Of a stretch of DNA of 32,000 nt, positions 30,775 through 32,000 are shown one piece after another. Source of the DNA: Acinetobacter wanghuae (GTDB taxonomy: Bacteria; Pseudomonadota; Gammaproteobacteria; Pseudomonadales; Moraxellaceae); assembly GCF_009557235.1 (NCBI RefSeq), contig NZ_CP045650.1, positions 2,730,001-2,762,000 on the forward strand. Reading direction: 5' to 3'. How positions within the stretch are numbered: position 1 is the stretch's first letter; every line of letters begins with the position of its first letter. Below the pieces are notes generated by a model, which worked only from the letters and a program-made list of their open reading frames with translations, searched no databases and was not told the DNA's origin. A program made the position numbers and the translations under genes.

Positions 30775-30808
30775 TAAAAAAAGCACCTAAAGTGGTGCTT
30801 TTTTTAAT
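30775..30808. terminator. Bidirectional terminator between the convergent GlsB-like gene and dsbC
   Basis: AAAAAAAGCACC-TAAAGT-GGTGCTTTTTTT. Confidence 0.8.
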
Positions 30809-30835
30809 ATCAGGTATTTAAGAAAAATACATCTT

Positions 30836-31537
30836 TTATAGACCTAATTCTTTAAACATTTTTTCAATTTCTTCAGCAGGGTAGGCACCCATTACTTTAA
30901 AGCCATTTGAGAAAATAATGGCAGGGGTTCCGTTTAGATTGAGAGATTTAGCTAAATCGATATTGCGTTGAATCGGGTTAGCACATGTTTTACTGGTTTT
31001 CGGTTGCAAACCGCTCACAATTAAATCATGCCATGCTTGAGCCGGATTTTTTTCACAGAACAATTGTTTTGATGGCGCAATAGATTGAGATTTTAACGGC
31101 AATACAAAGGTATAAATGGTCACATCATTTAACTTCGCTAGCTCTAACTCAAGTTGTTTACAATATGGGCAATTTGGATCAGAAAAGATCGCAATTTGAC
31201 GTTTTCCGTTTCCTTTAACCGTTTTTAAAGCATCACTGAACGGTAGTTTTTTCCAATCCACACTATTTTGCTTTAAGACCAAATCACGGGTTAGATTATG
31301 CTGATCTTGAATGCGGAGCATTGAGCCCGCGATGATATGTTTAGCATCTTGATTTAAGTAAACCACTTGTCCTTGTATAGAGCCGCTGTAAATACCTTGC
31401 ATCTCGGTGGTTTGAATATTTTCAATTTTTAAATTTGGACTATTTTTTATTAGATTGGCTTTTACAGTTTCCACATTAGCAGAAGCAAAAGATGACATCA
31501 GGGCGGCACATGCCAACAGCATGGTTTTCTTATACAT
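30836..31537 (-). CDS. dsbC: Periplasmic thiol:disulfide interchange protein DsbC (or DsbG-like)
   Basis: 233 aa with a signal peptide, an N-terminal dimerisation region and the thioredoxin-fold active site FSDPNCPYCKQLE. Confidence 0.85.
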   Translation of the reverse strand: MYKKTMLLACAALMSSFASANVETVKANLIKNSPNLKIENIQTTEMQGIYSGSIQGQVVYLNQDAKHIIAGSMLRIQDQHNLTRDLVLKQNSVDWKKLPFSDALKTVKGNGKRQIAIFSDPNCPYCKQLELELAKLNDVTIYTFVLPLKSQSIAPSKQLFCEKNPAQAWHDLIVSGLQPKTSKTCANPIQRNIDLAKSLNLNGTPAIIFSNGFKVMGAYPAEEIEKMFKELGL

Positions 31538-31641
31538 TAATGATTACTCATGATACAGAGGATGATGCTGTTGATTCTAATCTTGAAATCAACAAAGTTA
31601 AGCGTGTTTTATGTTTCAGCGACGATAAAAATGAATACTTA

Positions 31642-31657
31642 GGTTCCACGTGGAACA
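31642..31657. other. parS-like ParB binding site
   Basis: GGTTCCACGTGGAACA matches 15 of 16 positions of the pseudomonad-type parS palindrome TGTTCCACGTGGAACA (general consensus TGTTNCACGTGAAACA). The inner 14 bp are a perfect palindrome. Confidence 0.55.
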
Positions 31658-31907
31658 TGCATCGTACTTTAATATTTTCTTTAGACAGTTTTTTTCCTCA
31701 AATTTGCATGATAGGAATAAATATCCGAGACAAAGATACCAACATAATCTCAAAATTATTTTTATCTTATTATTCAATTCATTACATAAATAAAAACCAA
31801 TTCCATGGATTATACATTGATCTCAAAATGATTAACACTTAACCTTGATTTTCAAGATAAAAATGATGATTCAAGTTTTATTGAATCCAAAGCGATAAGT
31901 TAAAAAT

Positions 31908-32000
31908 ATGAATCAACAATCATGGCAGCCTTTTCTCATGGTCAGCCTCACGCTCATTATGGGAATGATCGGTACTGCTCTTGCAAGTCCACTCTATCCA
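31908..32000 (+). CDS. Probable MFS-type transporter, N-terminal fragment (continues right of the window)
   Basis: ATG 31908 is open to the window end. MNQQSWQPFLMVSLTLIMGMIGTALASPLYP looks like the TM1 region of an MFS protein. Only 31 codons are visible. Confidence 0.4.
   Translation, partial: MNQQSWQPFLMVSLTLIMGMIGTALASPLYP

Noticed and set aside
31492-31842. Track ORF, 116 aa, plus strand
   Set aside because: It begins antisense inside the dsbC signal-peptide region, crosses an AT-rich promoter spacer that contains the parS site, and has no RBS or recognisable motif.

Overview
This is a core chromosomal segment of an Acinetobacter-type gammaproteobacterium. The 16S gene carries the exact target of the genus probe ACA23a (ATCCTCTCCCATACTCTA, + strand 12952-12969). 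The centre of the window is a complete minus-strand rrn operon, 16S - tRNA-Ile(GAT) - tRNA-Ala(TGC) - 23S - 5S (8172-13606). It has a sigma70 promoter with a GC-rich discriminator upstream and a strong hairpin terminator downstream. The flanks hold housekeeping and transport genes: the rsmB 3' end, an NSS transporter with an unlisted 36-codon MetS-like small subunit, DJ-1/PfpI, a small ankyrin protein, an AT-rich orphan HTH gene, two tandem AAHS-type MFS paralogues, a YczE-like membrane protein, tyrS, anmK, a lytic transglycosylase, purK-purE, DUF486, mpl, two mini-GNAT paralogues, a SotB-like MFS exporter, a yybP-ykoY (Mn) riboswitch with a TerC gene, guaD, hpt, GlsB/YeaQ, dsbC, and the start of another MFS gene. 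I saw no CRISPR array, IS/transposase, integrase, prophage or recognisable defence or secretion cluster. The least ordinary items are: (i) about 14 copies of an AATT-centred palindromic 12-mer packed into the 650-bp spacer upstream of the lytic transglycosylase; (ii) a visibly AT-rich single-gene islet encoding an XRE-type HTH fused to an unrecognised domain; (iii) a 15/16 parS match; (iv) several short hydrophobic ORFs below the ORF-track cutoff; (v) single-base deletions at universally conserved positions in the 5' third of the 16S gene, probably assembly error. None of these is a demonstrated new system. All functional calls rest on motif recognition by eye, with no database searches.
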